Shown piece after piece: positions 1 to 12,420 of a stretch of 64,000 nt of DNA. The notes beneath the pieces were generated by a model. That model did not search any database, was not told the DNA's origin, and saw only the letters and a list, made by a program, of their open reading frames with translations. Numbering within the stretch: the stretch's first letter is position 1; every line of letters begins with the position of its first letter. A program made the position numbers and the translations under genes. Source of the DNA: Octopus vulgaris (lineage: Eukaryota); contig OX597832.1 in assembly GCA_951406725.2 (NCBI GenBank), positions 53,754,001 to 53,818,000 on the forward strand, read 5' to 3'.

Positions 1-163
1 AAGTCGATTACATCGACCCCAGTTCGTAACTGGTACTTAATTTATCGACCCCGAAAGGATGAAAGGCAAAGTCGACCTCAGCGGAATTTGAACTCACAAT
101 GTAACGCAGACGAAATACCGCTAAGCATTTCGCCTGGCGTGCTAACATTTCTGCCAGCTCGCC
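1..163 (-). mobile_element. tRNA-derived SINE, family 2 (head GGCGAGCTGGCAGAAA...GAGTTCAAATTCC), cut by window edge
   Basis: Reverse complement carries pol III A/B-box-like motifs. Further copies near 16525, 16703, 20079, 26330, 27838, 35600-36148, 39255, 50205, 50738, 57407, 60337. Confidence 0.8.
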
Positions 164-169
164 GTAGAT

Positions 170-572
170 TTTCCACAGACGCAGGGACAGGACGGGTTGA
201 AGCCTCCGGTTGCCAGATCAGACGCTTCTGTTCACCAGAGCCCCGTTAGCCGGGTGCAGCCCTGATACCGCTGGGTGTCAGAACAATCCGCCTTGGGTGG
301 CCCTACCAGAAACCGAAGTCTCCGACGGCATAGCTCTGACACTCCCATCTCACCCGCTTACCACGATGAGGTGATATATAATTACACATTTATTGGATGG
401 TCGTTGACTCTCAAGAGTTCCTCTGACCTTTGACGGGTTTTGTTTTTCATCCTGCAGGGTGTCCAATAACACCTTCCTCACCAAGTTGGTGGGGTTGCTG
501 GTTTAGTCGCCAACGGCCCAACCATGCAACAGATTGTATTGGGTTACATGTTACCAGTAGCACACGAGTGGA
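170..572 (-). mobile_element. Non-LTR retrotransposon 5'-UTR-like remnants (RTE-like part 170-375; structured segment 385-572)
   Basis: Minus strand has GAGCTATGCC..GGTAGGGCCACCCAAGGC, resembling RTE 5' UTRs. Segment 415-562 is homologous to 62439-62582. Confidence 0.4.
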
Positions 573-1052
573 AATATATATATGAAAGAAGGTTTGAAAA
601 TGCAATTTGAAAAGATTTTTATTCACTGTTTTACTTTTTTAGAAAAATATTGTCAAAAGTGAAATGTAAAACTTTGTATAAGCTTTGTTGTGTTACGTAC
701 AGGTTGTAACAAGATATTAAAATACATATATACATTACTCTTCCTTCCCCCCACCCAACCAACCTCCCACAATGTCCCTTAAAATAGTAAACGGCTTTTA
801 GCTTCACAGAAAAAGAAAAAAATGTTAAAACAGGTCAGGTCATCTCAAATTCTTTATAAACTCCTAAATGTATCTCCTTCTGTGTATAGGCGCATGAAAA
901 AATGTTTCTGAAAGTCATGAGAGCTGTGGTGTTTTCTGACTTTGTAAACATGTTCACGGGTGTTAGACAGGTGGAGTTTGAAAAGGTGCTCAGAGTTATT
1001 GTTTATTTTTTGGCTTTAGGCAGAAAAAAAAAAAACAAAACAGAAATACATA

Positions 1053-1455
1053 GGTGCAGGAGTGGCTGTGTGGTAAGTAGCTTGTTTACCAACCACATGG
1101 TTCCGGGTTCAGTCCCACTGCGTGGCACCTTGGGAAAGTGTCTTCTGCTATAGCCTTGGGCCAACCAAAGCCTTGTGAGTGGATTTGATAGACGGAATCT
1201 GAAAGAAGCCCGTCGTATATATGTATATATATGTGTGTGCGTGTATGGTTGTGTGTCTATGTTTGTCCCCCTAGCATTGCTTGACAACCGATGCTGGTGT
1301 GTTTACGTCCCCGTCACTTAGCGGTTCGGCAAAAGAGACCGATAGAATAAGTGCTGGGCTTACAAAAGAATAAGTCCCGGGGTCGAGTTGCTCGATTTTA
1401 AGGCGGTGCTCCAGCATGGCCGCAGTCAAATGACTGAAACAAGTAAAAGAGTAAA
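1053..1455 (+). mobile_element. tRNA-derived SINE, family 1, full length
   Basis: A-box TGGCTGTGTGG, B-box GGTTCAGTCCC, internal (AT/GT)n and AAGTAAAAG tail. About 10 copies in the window. Confidence 0.85.
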
Positions 1456-1799
1456 AGCATACTGTCTGAAGTCAGAAAACAATGTAGAAACCTTGTGACA
1501 GTATGGCTTGACTATAAGAAGGCATTCGACTCTATCCTTCATTCACATGCTGCTGGAAAAGTAATGGACGCGATTGAGAATATGAAGTGGAATGCTTTCT
1601 ACTACGACCTAACCGCACCATCCCCGAACGGCCACGCTCGGATGGTGTTTTTTACGTGCCACCGGCAACAGAGGCCAGGCGAGGCTGGCACGGCCACGAT
1701 TGGACGGTGTTTGTTATGTGCCACCAGCACGGAGGCCAGTCGATGTGGTGCTGGCTACGGCCACGTTTGGATGGTTCTCTTATGTGCCACAAACTACAA

Positions 1800-2035
1800 A
1801 TATATTTGTGCGAGTGGGTATACATATATGTATGTATATGTATGTATATGTGTATCTGTGTGTACGTACATGGGTATGTGTATGTATGTATGTATATGTA
1901 TGTATATATATATGTATATGTATGTGTATGTATGTATATATATATATATGTATGTATATGTGGGTATGTATGTATATGTATAGATATATGTGAATATGCG
2001 GGTGTATATATGTGTATATATATATATGTAGATGT
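1800..2035. repeat. Compound (TA/TG/TATG)n microsatellite
   Basis: Seen directly in the sequence. Confidence 0.9.
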
Positions 2036-2484
2036 ACAAGTGAGAGTCTCCCTACTTACCTAAAACCCTATTTTTCTATTTATATTTTTTTATCTTTTTA
2101 TTTTAGTATGGTATTATCCATATAATTTAAAATAAGGTGATTATGTATGTGTGTGTGTGTGTATGTATGTGTGTGTGTATGTGTGTGTATGTACGTGCGC
2201 TAATGTTTGTGAGTGTATGTTTGTCCCCCCCCCCCCCATCACTTGACAACCGATGCAGGTGTGCTTACGTCCCTGTAACTTAGTGGTTCGGCAAAATGAG
2301 ACCGATAGACTAAGTACTAGGCTTACAAAGAATAAATCTTGGGGTCGATTTGCACGACTAAAGGTGGTGCTCCAGCATGGGTGCAGTCAAATGACAGAAA
2401 CAAATAAAAGTAAAAGATATATATATATTAATATATATATATCAAAAAATCAAATCAAAATCGAAATCGATCAACATCAATGGA

Positions 2485-2955
2485 ATTTGTAGTTTGTGGT
2501 ACCAGTGCCGGTGGCACATAAGAGAACCATCCAAACGTGGCCGTAGCCAGCACCACATCGACTGGCCTCCGTGCTGGTGGCACATAACAAACACCGTCCA
2601 ATCGTGGCCGTGCCAGCCTCGCCTGGCCTCTGTTGCCGGTGGCACGTAAAAAACACCATCCGAGCGTGGCCGTTCGCCAGCCTCGTCTAGCTTCTGTGCC
2701 GGTGGCACATAAAAAGCACCATCCGAACATGGCCGATGCCAGACCCCCCTGGCACCTGTGCAGGTGGCACGTAAAAAAAAACCAACTACACTCACGGTGT
2801 GGTTGGCCTTAGGAAGGGCATCCAGCTGTAGAAACACTGCCAGATCAGACTGGAGCCTGGTGCAGCCCTGGCTTCCCAGACCCCGGTCGAACTGTCCAAC
2901 CCGTGCTAGCGCGGAAAACGGACATTAAACGATGATGATGATGATGATGATGATG
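2485..2955 (+). mobile_element. Retroposon 3' end with internal ~60-bp tandem units (GGTGGCACRTAAAAAGCACC) and (GAT)n tail
   Basis: Related copies at 6105-6505, 5000-5253, 33550-33790, 47990-48400 (-), 57650-57837 and 58490-58644. A (GAT)n tail is typical of RTE-mobilised elements. Confidence 0.7.
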
Positions 2956-4468
2956 CACAAAAGGGTGTATGGATTAATAGTATCACCTTTATTTGTTTTC
3001 TCATAAAATGTACATGTCCTGAACTATGTAAACATTTAATATCTGTCTCTTAGTAGCAGAGAAGAAGCACTTATTAAACATTTACACTGAAAGTCCTAAA
3101 CATGCAAATTTTATGAGAAAAGCAAATAAAGATGCATATATATACTTCCTTATATACAATTACAGTTTTATATTTCTGAGATAAGGAATTTATATTATGA
3201 TACTGTTTACGATTAGTCTTTTGTACGTGCCAAATATATATTAAATATGTGCACAAGGCAAGCAAGAATTGAAAATAATATTCTGGTAAGGTTATCTGTT
3301 TTGCAGTTGTTTTCCTCTTGATTCTGTCTGTCTAGTTGTTTCCTTTTCATTTACACATGCATAAAAATGTTTCCATGTCTCATGACTATATATAAAATTA
3401 CTGAGGAACAGTTGTTGAGAGAAAATAAGGTAGAATGAATAACAAAGTTTGTTTTATAATATGTGATTTATTGAAGGATAGACCGAGTGGTTTTTGCCAA
3501 ATAACAACAGATATATATTGAGCAAAGTCATACATGCTATGAAGTTACATTGGTGGATAACATAATACAATGCAATTTAGAGATTTTACATGAATTGTAT
3601 ACAAATGAAGACAGAAAATACGAGATGATATTATATTTGCAAAGTAGTTTAATTAGTGAAGAAAAGCCTACATAGTATAGTGTCATAATATATCTTAGTG
3701 GCTTCTCTAGTCTCCTTCCATTGCCCTCTTTTTGCCTCTCAAAGATTCTGATGTGCTTCTTCTTTTAAAATGATTTAATTAGAAGAATAGAGTGGTGCCT
3801 ATGGTTTTTGCAGATCCTCCAGACACGGGTTTAACACAACTTTTTCATTACATTGTTTAACTGTATTGGAAATGTGGCTAGGGAAGGAGTTCCAGAGTTC
3901 TTCAGTTTTGTAAAAAGAGGTTTGTTAAAAAAAAGTATTTTCTTAGTAGTTTAGGAGATGAGACATAATGGATATGATGACCACATGGAAAGTAGATTGT
4001 GTTGGATGGGCTTGGGTGAAACAGGAGCACAACTTAGTGGTTTTAAGAGACGGAGATCAGTATATCTGTGGCCTGCTGGCAGCAGCCTTTTAATGTGTAT
4101 CTATAACAATTTCCTGGATACAACTGAGGATATTTATGTGTATATAACAGAAACACAAAAGAGCAGTGAAGATTAATGCTTACTTATAGAGTCATAGTTC
4201 TGATTTATCAATAACTGGTCTACATTTAAACATTTTCAGCTTCTGATGAAGGAGAGACGTAGTTTTTAAGACATTATTTTGGTATTACTATAGATGTGTT
4301 TTGGTATTATTATAGGTTGCGGGCCTCACAGAGGCAATGACTAGTGACTGAGACCTTTGGTGATATGCCATGCTTGAGAAGACTCATAAAGCCAAGTGAA
4401 ATTGTAGTCATGGCTAATGCTGGTCTCATGTAACTGGCACATAAAAGGTACCTTCCAAGCATTCGCCT

Positions 4469-4899
4469 TGTAATAGGATCAGTTTCGGTGTCACTGGAGG
4501 GGTGTCCGATCTGATCCCGTCACATTCAATTTTAGTTTAAATAACAGACAAGTCAGGCGATCTTCGAACACAGCAAAATGTTGTTTATTCCTCGTCGTAA
4601 TGTAGAACTGGTGTACGTGTTCTCTGGAGGGAAACCGACAGCCGAATCTGTAGGACTGATTCTTGTTTGTTAGTCGAAATGATTCGTCGTGGTTCGCTGC
4701 TTGGTTGGTATGAAGTCCTCAGAGACTGCCAGTACACGTCCGTTCATGGGTGCTGCGAGAGCCAGAAAGGATGAATGAGTGAACCGCGTTTTAGGGGTCA
4801 GTTTCCCGCACATGCGCATGGGGAAGACTTCCGGTGGCCAACCGGAAGTAATCACATTCTGCGCATGTGCACTGAACCTTACACAGCAGCATCACTACA
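4469..4899 (-). mobile_element. Solo LTR (Gypsy-like)
   Basis: TGTAAT...ACTACA termini, 4-bp TSD GCCT (4465-4468 and 4900-4903), AATAAA on the minus strand near 4584. Confidence 0.75.
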
Positions 4900-5514
4900 G
4901 CCTCACAGAGGGAAAATGGTCGATCCTGTCTTGTGTAATTAGCACCCATGCCGGAGGTAAGTAAAAAGCACCTTTAGAGCATTGGCTCTCAGAGGTAATG
5001 ACAAAGGACTGAGACATTTGGCAATATGCTGTGCTTGAGTAAAAGACCCACGAAGCCAAGTGAAATTACAATTGTGCCAGATACTGGTGTCATGCAATTG
5101 ACACCCATGCTGGTGGCACATAAAAGCACCCATTACACTCTCAGAGTGGTTGGTGTCAGGAAGGGCATCGAGCTCTTCAGCTTACCGCCCTGGTCAAACC
5201 GTCCAACCCATGCCAGCACGGACAACAGATGTTAAATGATGATGATGATGATGATTTAAATTAGTAAGACTGGTGTCCTCATCTTGACTGCTGCTTTCAC
5301 TACATTTTGGCTGTTGTATGCACCAACCTTCATTAGGTGTCTTGTGCTGAAGTTGGTCGTTCAAAATTCCGATATGACATCCCAGTTCAACGCAAAACAC
5401 CTGAAGAAGGCAGGAGCACACAACCACTGAAACATAGTGAAAGCAACAACCAAGATAAGAACCACCAGTCCAACTATAATAATATAAACAGTATATTTCC
5501 ATATATATATATAT

Positions 5515-5677
5515 AGGCACAAGTGTAGCTGTGTGGTAAGTGGCTTGCTTATCAACCACATGGTTCTGGGTTCAGTCCTACTGCGTTGCACCTTGGGTAA
5601 GTGTCTTCTACTATAGCTTCGGGCTGACCAAAGCCTTGTCAGTGGATTTGGTAGATGGAAACTGAAAGAAACCCTGT

Positions 5678-5690
<13 letters not shown>
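5515..5690 (+). mobile_element. SINE family 1, 5' half (variant head GGCACAAGTGTAGCTG)
   Basis: Homologous to 1053-1455. Same variant head at 28080-28240 (-). Confidence 0.75.
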
Positions 5691-5713
<23 letters not shown>

Positions 5714-6939
5714 AAAATTTAGATTCAGATGAATATGGTAAAGCTGAAGGCACCAGAATTTAGTATGGTATTATCCATATAATTTAAAATAAGGTGATTA
5801 TGTATGTGTGTGTGTGTGTGTGCGCGCTAATATTTGTGAGTGTATGTTTGACCCCTCCCACCATCACTTGACAACCGATGCAGGTGTGCTTACGTCCATG
5901 TAACTTAGTGGTTCAGCAAAAAGAGACCGATAGACTAAGTACTAGGCTTACAAAGAATAAGTCTTGGAGTCAATTTGCTCGACTAACGGTGGTGCTCCAG
6001 CATGGGTGCAGTCAAATGACTGAAACAAATAAAAGTAAAAGATATATATATATTAATATATATATCAAAGAATCAAATAAAAATCGAAATCAACATCAAT
6101 GGAATTTGTAGTTTGTGGTACCAGTGCCGGTGGCACATAAGAGAACCATCCGAACGTGGCCGTAGCCAGCACCACATCGACTGGCCTCCGTGCTGGTGGC
6201 ATGTAACAAACACCATCCGATCGTGGCTGTGCCAGCCTCGCTTGGCCTCTGTTGCCGGTGGCACGTAAAAAACACCATCCGAGCATGGCCGTTCGCCAGC
6301 CTTGTCTGGCACCTGTGTCGGTGGCACATAAAAAGCACCCACTGCACTCACGGAGTGGTTGGCATTAGGAAGGGCATCCAGCTGTAGAAACACCACCAGA
6401 CCTGACTGGCCTGGTGCAGACTTCGGGCTTCCCAGACCCCAGTTGAACCGTCCAACCCGTGCTAGCATGGAAAGCGGACGTTAAACGATGATGATGATGA
6501 TGATATATATATATATATCACCAAGTATGTTAGGGGTTGTGGATCCAACCCACAAAGGGATAATACTTATCCAATATACTGTTGGTATACTACCCAAATT
6601 ATTAACACACAAGTGTTTTTAATTGCCATGCAATAAACTCACTCATTGTATTAAATGGGTGCAGGTAAAGAAATATTTTACCATTTATTTATATTACAAA
6701 TAAGAAAATGGAGAAACAATTTAGTTGTTTTATCAGCTTTAGGATATTAGAATGTTGACTTATTTATTTATCAAACTGACAACCATAATAACATACATAT
6801 GTAAATTTTAATACTATCATGTTCTTAATCAAATCAACTAATGTGTTTCTCCATTTTCTATGGATAAATTCGTTAATCCTTTACATTAAGGAATTAATAT
6901 TTAGGATTAACGAATTTATCCATAGCATCTGGTGGAATA

Positions 6940-7298
6940 CTGTGCTGTGGTGATCTCATTCTCGCCCACAACATCATAAGCGGAAAGTGTAACCTCTCGA
7001 AAGAGCTGTTCTTCACTCCTGCTCCAGAGCGTCGGCTGCGGGGTCATTCCGAAAAGCTCTACCTGCGACGATTTCATCTCAATCGAAGGAGAGGAGCTTT
7101 CTCCGTCTGGGTTGCGGATCCGTGGAACAAGCTGCCAGACGAGATGGTGAAGATGCCGACGACCGCTTTGTTCAAAGTCTCCCTTGACCTCAAGTGGCCT
7201 GAACTCTTTACATGAACACCACCCTGTATTTAGCTCCATGTCCCCCTACATGGCCTTGCTTTTTGCTTTTGAGCCAAAAAATTAACTAACTAACTAAC
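6940..7298 (+). mobile_element. CR1/L2-clade LINE 3' end, family A, (TAAC)n tail
   Basis: Encodes GDLILAHNII..RLRGH..WNKLP, a CR1 RT C-terminus. Sister copies at 22425-22890 (-) and 61652-62066 (-). Confidence 0.8.
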
Positions 7299-7357
7299 TT
7301 ATTATGGTTGTCATTTTGATGATATGTTTCTTCATTTTCTTATTTGTAATATATATA

Positions 7358-8976
7358 CAGTTGCGGCCAAAATGTGCAGAACGGCATTGTTTTCGTCAGA
7401 AAAGTAGGTATAAGTTTTTATCAAAGTTGTTTTATATTCTATAATTTTCACAGACAATAAATGCAATATTAATTGTTATTGTCTGAGATTTTGGTGTAAT
7501 TTAAGAGGATAATACAAAAGTTATGGATGATTTAGTGATTTACTGCAAAACCCATGGCAGCCAAAATGATCAGAACGGTTGAAAAAATAACAAAATAATC
7601 AAAAATGACAGAGAATACTGGAATTATCTAATATTTAGTGTGAAACCATTTAGCTTCAAACACACTTTGACATCTTCGACTGCATGAGGAAATTAAATTT
7701 TCAATTTCTTGCTGGGTGATTTTATTCCATTCTTCCTGAAGGGCACCCCAAAATTGCTCGGTTGTTTTAGGATTTCTGGCTTTCGAACGTTCTCCTAGAA
7801 TATTCCACACATTTTCAATAGGATTGAGATCTGGGCTTTGAGCTGGCCAATCCATAACAATAACCTTTTCAGCCTTGAGGAAGTTCATGACCACCTTAGC
7901 CTTGTGACATGGGGCATTGTCCTGCATGAATATGGGTGGTCGCTTGGTTGAATTTCTCAGCAGAGGCAAGACATGATCTTTTACAAGTTGTTTATAAACT
8001 CCTGCATTTACCTTTCCATGTAATTGCACCAAAGGTCCCACACCATCTCCAGGTATCATCCCCCAAACCATGACACTTTTTCCACCGAATTTAACACTAG
8101 CCTTAAGGCATTTAGGCAACAATTTTTCACCTACTTTTCGACGAACGTACCTTTTCCCATCTGAGCCAAATAACATAAACTTAGATTCATCACAGAAATA
8201 CCATATTCTTGAGACCACAACACATGTTCAGTTGCAAAGGTAAAACAACACTTTTTATTCTTGGAGCTGATCAGTGGCTTCACTGCAGGTGCTCTTGCTT
8301 GTAGGTCATGTTCAACTAAACGACGAGATACAGTTTTTCGAGATAAAGTTTTCTTCAGTACAATGCTCATTTCCCGAGAAACAGCAGCAGCAGTTTTAAA
8401 TCTGTCCTTTTTAACCAACTTTACCATAGCACGATCTTCTCTCCTGGTCATTTTTCTTGGCCTACCTGTAGACTTTCTAGCTTCACACGAACCACAATCA
8501 TTGTAGACCTTAAGAATACTGTGAACAATACTTTTTGGCTTGTTAACAATCTTTGCAATAGACCCAATACTTAAATTATCCTTCTTTCGAAGCTTAATAA
8601 TCTGCTGACGAATTGCTAACGGAGTAAGTGGCATTATATTAACAAAGTACACTGCAGATATTCTTACTAATGTTTAGTAAACGAACCGTCACGTAAACAA
8701 ATTCAAAACATTAGAGTTCACCGGTTAAATATACTAAAACACAGAGTAAAAGCAACCGTTCTGATCATTTTGGCCGCCATGGGTTTTGCAGTAAATCACT
8801 AAATCATCCATAACTTTTGTATTATCCTCTCAAATTACACCAAAATCTCACACAATAACAAATAATATCGTATTTATTGTCTGTGAAAATTATAGAATAT
8901 AAAACAACTTTGATAAAAACTTATACCTACTTTTCTGACGAAAACAATGCCGTTCTGAACATTTTGGCCGCAACTC
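7358..8976 (-). mobile_element. Tc1-family DNA transposon with ~220-bp IR/DR-type TIRs
   Basis: TIR CAGTTGCGGCCAAAATG.. at 7358-7581 is mirrored at 8753-8976, with TA on the left flank. Inner direct repeat GGCAGCCAAAATGATCAGAACGG. Confidence 0.93.
7628..8634 (-). pseudogene. Tc1 DD34E transposase with a single frameshift near 8200
   Basis: N-terminal ORF has HTH and GRPRK. C-terminal ORF has DESKF, QDNAPCH, SPDLNPIE, with 34 residues between the second D and E. Confidence 0.92.
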
Positions 8977-9290
8977 TCAAGAGTCCCTCATAGCAAGAGG
9001 CATTTATGTGTAGTAATGCCCTTAATATAAATAAATATATCTTTAAAGGGAATAGGTAATAAATTTTTCCCTTATGAGGTTTTTCACGCTGACTACTCGA
9101 TAAATTCTTATAAAGATTTTATCCTATTTTTAAATTGCACATGTGTGTGTGTGTATTATATAATATTAGATTATTAAAACTGCAAAAACATCACAAAAAT
9201 ATCACAAAAAACTGCTACTCAGTTTCATGAACAAGCTGGTAGAAAGAAGGGAGTGTGGGGATGTACTGAATAACTTTTAATAAACAAATA

Positions 9291-9690
9291 GGCTCAGGAG
9301 TGGCTGTGCGGTAAGTAGCTTGCTAACCAACCACATGGTTCCGGGTTCAGTCCCACTGCGTAGCATCTTGGGCAAGTGTCTTCTGCTATAGCCCCGGGCC
9401 GACCAATGCCTTGTGAGTGGATTTGGTAGACGGAAACTGAAAGAAGCCCGTCATATATATGTATGTATATATATATGTGTGTGTGTGTGTCTGTGTTTAG
9501 TCCTCCTAGCATTGCTTGACAACCGATGCTGGTGTGTTTACGTCCCCGTCACTTAGCGGTTCGGCAAAAGAGACCGATAGAATAAGTGCTGGGCTTACAA
9601 AAGAATAAGTCCCGGGGTCGAGTTGCTCGATTTTAAGGCGGTGCTCCAGCATGGCCGCAGTCAAATGACTGAAACAAGTAAAAGAGTAAA
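9291..9690 (+). mobile_element. SINE family 1, full length
   Basis: Homologous to 1053-1455. Confidence 0.85.
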
Positions 9691-9691
9691 A

Positions 9692-11304
9692 GCATACTGT
9701 CTGAAGTCAGAAAACAATGTAGAAACCTTGTGACAGTATGGCTTGACTATAAGAAGGCATTCGACTCTATCCTTCATTCCTGTCTGTTGAAGTGCCTACA
9801 TCTGGCAAAGGTACCCACTGCCTTAATTGCTGCTATAGAGAGACTCACAAAGACACAGACAACAATTCTTACTATTGCAACTGAGAACAGAATAATTGTT
9901 TCTAATAGTATAGGCATTTCAAAGGGAATATTCCAAGGAGATAGTCTTTCGGTACTTCTTTTCATTTTGGCACTGAATCCATTATTGTTCCTACAGTAGA
10001 AAACAAATGGTTACATGTCAGGATCTTCAACTGCTAGAAATATCAATGTAACTCATAATTTCTTTGTAGACGACTTGAAGGTTTATGCTAAAGGTGTTAA
10101 CAATGCCAAAAACAAACTGGAATTAATAACATTTTCAGCTGATATAGGCATGGAATTTGGCCTAAAGAAATGTTCATATTTGGTTATAGAACGAGGAAAG
10201 TCAGTCCCCCAAACCCAAAACCTGTGCATCAACGGTCTCTCTATCTCCCCCATTCCACACAAAGAATGTTACAAGTACCTGGGCATAGACAAAAATGTAT
10301 CATATGAGGGCACTGTGAATAAAGATAGAGTGACCCGAGAATATTGCACCAGACTTTGGAAAATATGACAGTCGGAACTCTCTTACAACAAAACAATATC
10401 CCACAATGCATTTGCGGTACCAGTGCTGATCCCAACATTTGGGATATTTGATTGGTCTGTAGACCAAATCCACTCCATAGAAATCAAAACCCGCAAAATC
10501 CTAACAATAACTTGGAACTTCCACAGAAATGAAGGTAGTAGAGGCCAGAGATCAGTGCAGATGGTCTTCAAATGCCGTATGGTATCACTCAGGCAGCACC
10601 TGCTAAACAACAGCAGCAAAAATAAATATATTAATGCAGTGCTGAAAAGTGAAGTGAGCAACATTGTACGAGCTGGCAGTGAACTCCTCAAGAAACACTT
10701 TCATCCTGATGATCTCCTATACAGCCCCAAAACAGCTGAGCTCTTACCTCAGAGAAAACCTAGATGGAAAGCATTCAGCATACAAAAAAAGAAACAGACT
10801 ATGTTGCCCGGAAGCTTGAAGAACAGTAGAATTGACATGAAGCGCAGCCTCTCTTGGACACAAGACTACTACATCACATCACACTTAGAAGGCTATGCAT
10901 TTGCAATCCAGGAACAGGAGATTGCCACAAAGTACCTGGTGAACAAGAGAGACAGTGACGCTCTTGTAATTCCAAGGTGCAACCGCATGTGTCGGCTATG
11001 CCATGTTTCTGTGGAAGACATCATGCATGTGATTAGCAGCTGTCCTAAAATACCGTCACGGTACTACCACCCAGTGCTGCACAATGTTGTTGCTAAAACA
11101 ATTTACAATGCCATCTGCAAAGAGGCTGTCCTGAAATATCTTAGAAAATCCCTCTGTTATGGAATACTTTCATAAACACCAACTCAAGGAATACTGGTGG
11201 AATATTCCTATCAAAACTTCTGTCAAATGTAAACATAGCATGCCGGATATTGTTTGGGACAGAGGGGCAAAAGTATGTACCATCACAGAGGTTAGCTGCC
11301 CTGC

Positions 11305-11342
<38 letters not shown>

Positions 11343-11715
11343 TATACATATATATATATATATATCTTTGAAAATCAAAGAAAGAGAAGACATCTATGGA
11401 CAACTGCTTCGAAACCGCCAGCTTCTATAACCAGACTATGAATTCATATTCATAGCAATAATAATTGAAGCACTAGGTTTTGTTAGCAAATGCTTAAAGG
11501 AGAATCTGGATAAACTGGGATTTTCAGAAAGAGAAATCAACCGGCTAATTCGCACATTACAAGTGCAATCTGTGAGTGGAACAGTAAAAATATGCAAGAA
11601 TTTTCTCAAGTTCCAAATGTGAATTTGTCTGTGTTATGTTAACTACATCCCAAAGATGGAGCCTTGTATCTTTGCTGGAAACCGGCTCCCTCCTCAGTGG
11701 AAGATTTATAATAAT
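9692..11715 (+). mobile_element. R4/Dong-clade non-LTR retrotransposon (RT + CCHC + restriction-like endonuclease), 5'-truncated and decayed
   Basis: WLDYKKAFDS, GIFQGDSLS, FVDDLK, CRLC..H..SSC, HNVVAK and PDIVWD..EVSCP motifs. In-frame stops and an (AT)n expansion at ~11306-11366. Confidence 0.85.
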
Positions 11716-12094
11716 TAAAAAAGAGAAGAGACATACATACATGCATACAAAAGCCTGCATAATATACACACGCAATCATAGATGTATATTAACATATCTC
11801 CAAATAGATATATATATACACATACATCTTTGTGTGTGTGTGCGCATGTGTGTGTGTGTGCGTATGTGTGTGTGTGTGTGTCTTAGCATACCCGTGTCGC
11901 GAAAAATGCCAACTGTAACAATTATTTTCTGGTATGCCACGACGACAAAAACGTAAGATCAAATTTAATAACAAATTAAAAACAGTATTAAAGCTGTAAA
12001 TATTATCGACCGTACATACTCAACGTATGTGTTTTGATTGTTCGCCGCTTCATTGCAGTAAAATGCCTGAAGGACGACTCCTTGTTGCATTGAG

Positions 12095-12420
12095 CGGATT
12101 TTTTCGGTTTGACCGGCAGTTTTTTAAAATAATTTCCACGTAACTAAACACTTTTAAACTTTGTATACTGGTAGAATGTGTTTATAAAACATCTTTTTCT
12201 TTTGGCTTTATTGAGAAAATTCTATAGCTTGTAAGATATTTGTTGTTTTTTTCTTCACTTTCTGCAATTTCAACCAATCAATGACGTCTATTGAGGTGAA
12301 AACATTCTGTGCCGTATGAATATGTCCCTCGTTTAAGAAACAGATTGGGTTTATTTACATTTCTGAAGAAAAAAAGATACCCTCCCCCACCCCTAACCCC
12401 AACCCTAAAATAGATTGGAG
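12095..12420 (+). mobile_element. One arm of a MITE related to 15017-15829
   Basis: Shares GTAACTAAA..TATACTGGTAGAATGTGTTTATAAAACATC and CCCTAACCC motifs. Confidence 0.65.

Noticed and set aside
1053-1125. tRNA genes at SINE heads
   Set aside because: A/B boxes are present, but there is no complete cloverleaf and each continues into the SINE body.
1495-2063. ORFs rich in MYVCIY or HTYI (also 51348-51719 and 47198-47425)
   Set aside because: These are translations of microsatellites.
4238-4262. Hammerhead at CTGATGAAGG
   Set aside because: No downstream GAAA or stem III and no stem I partner found; at most a fragment.
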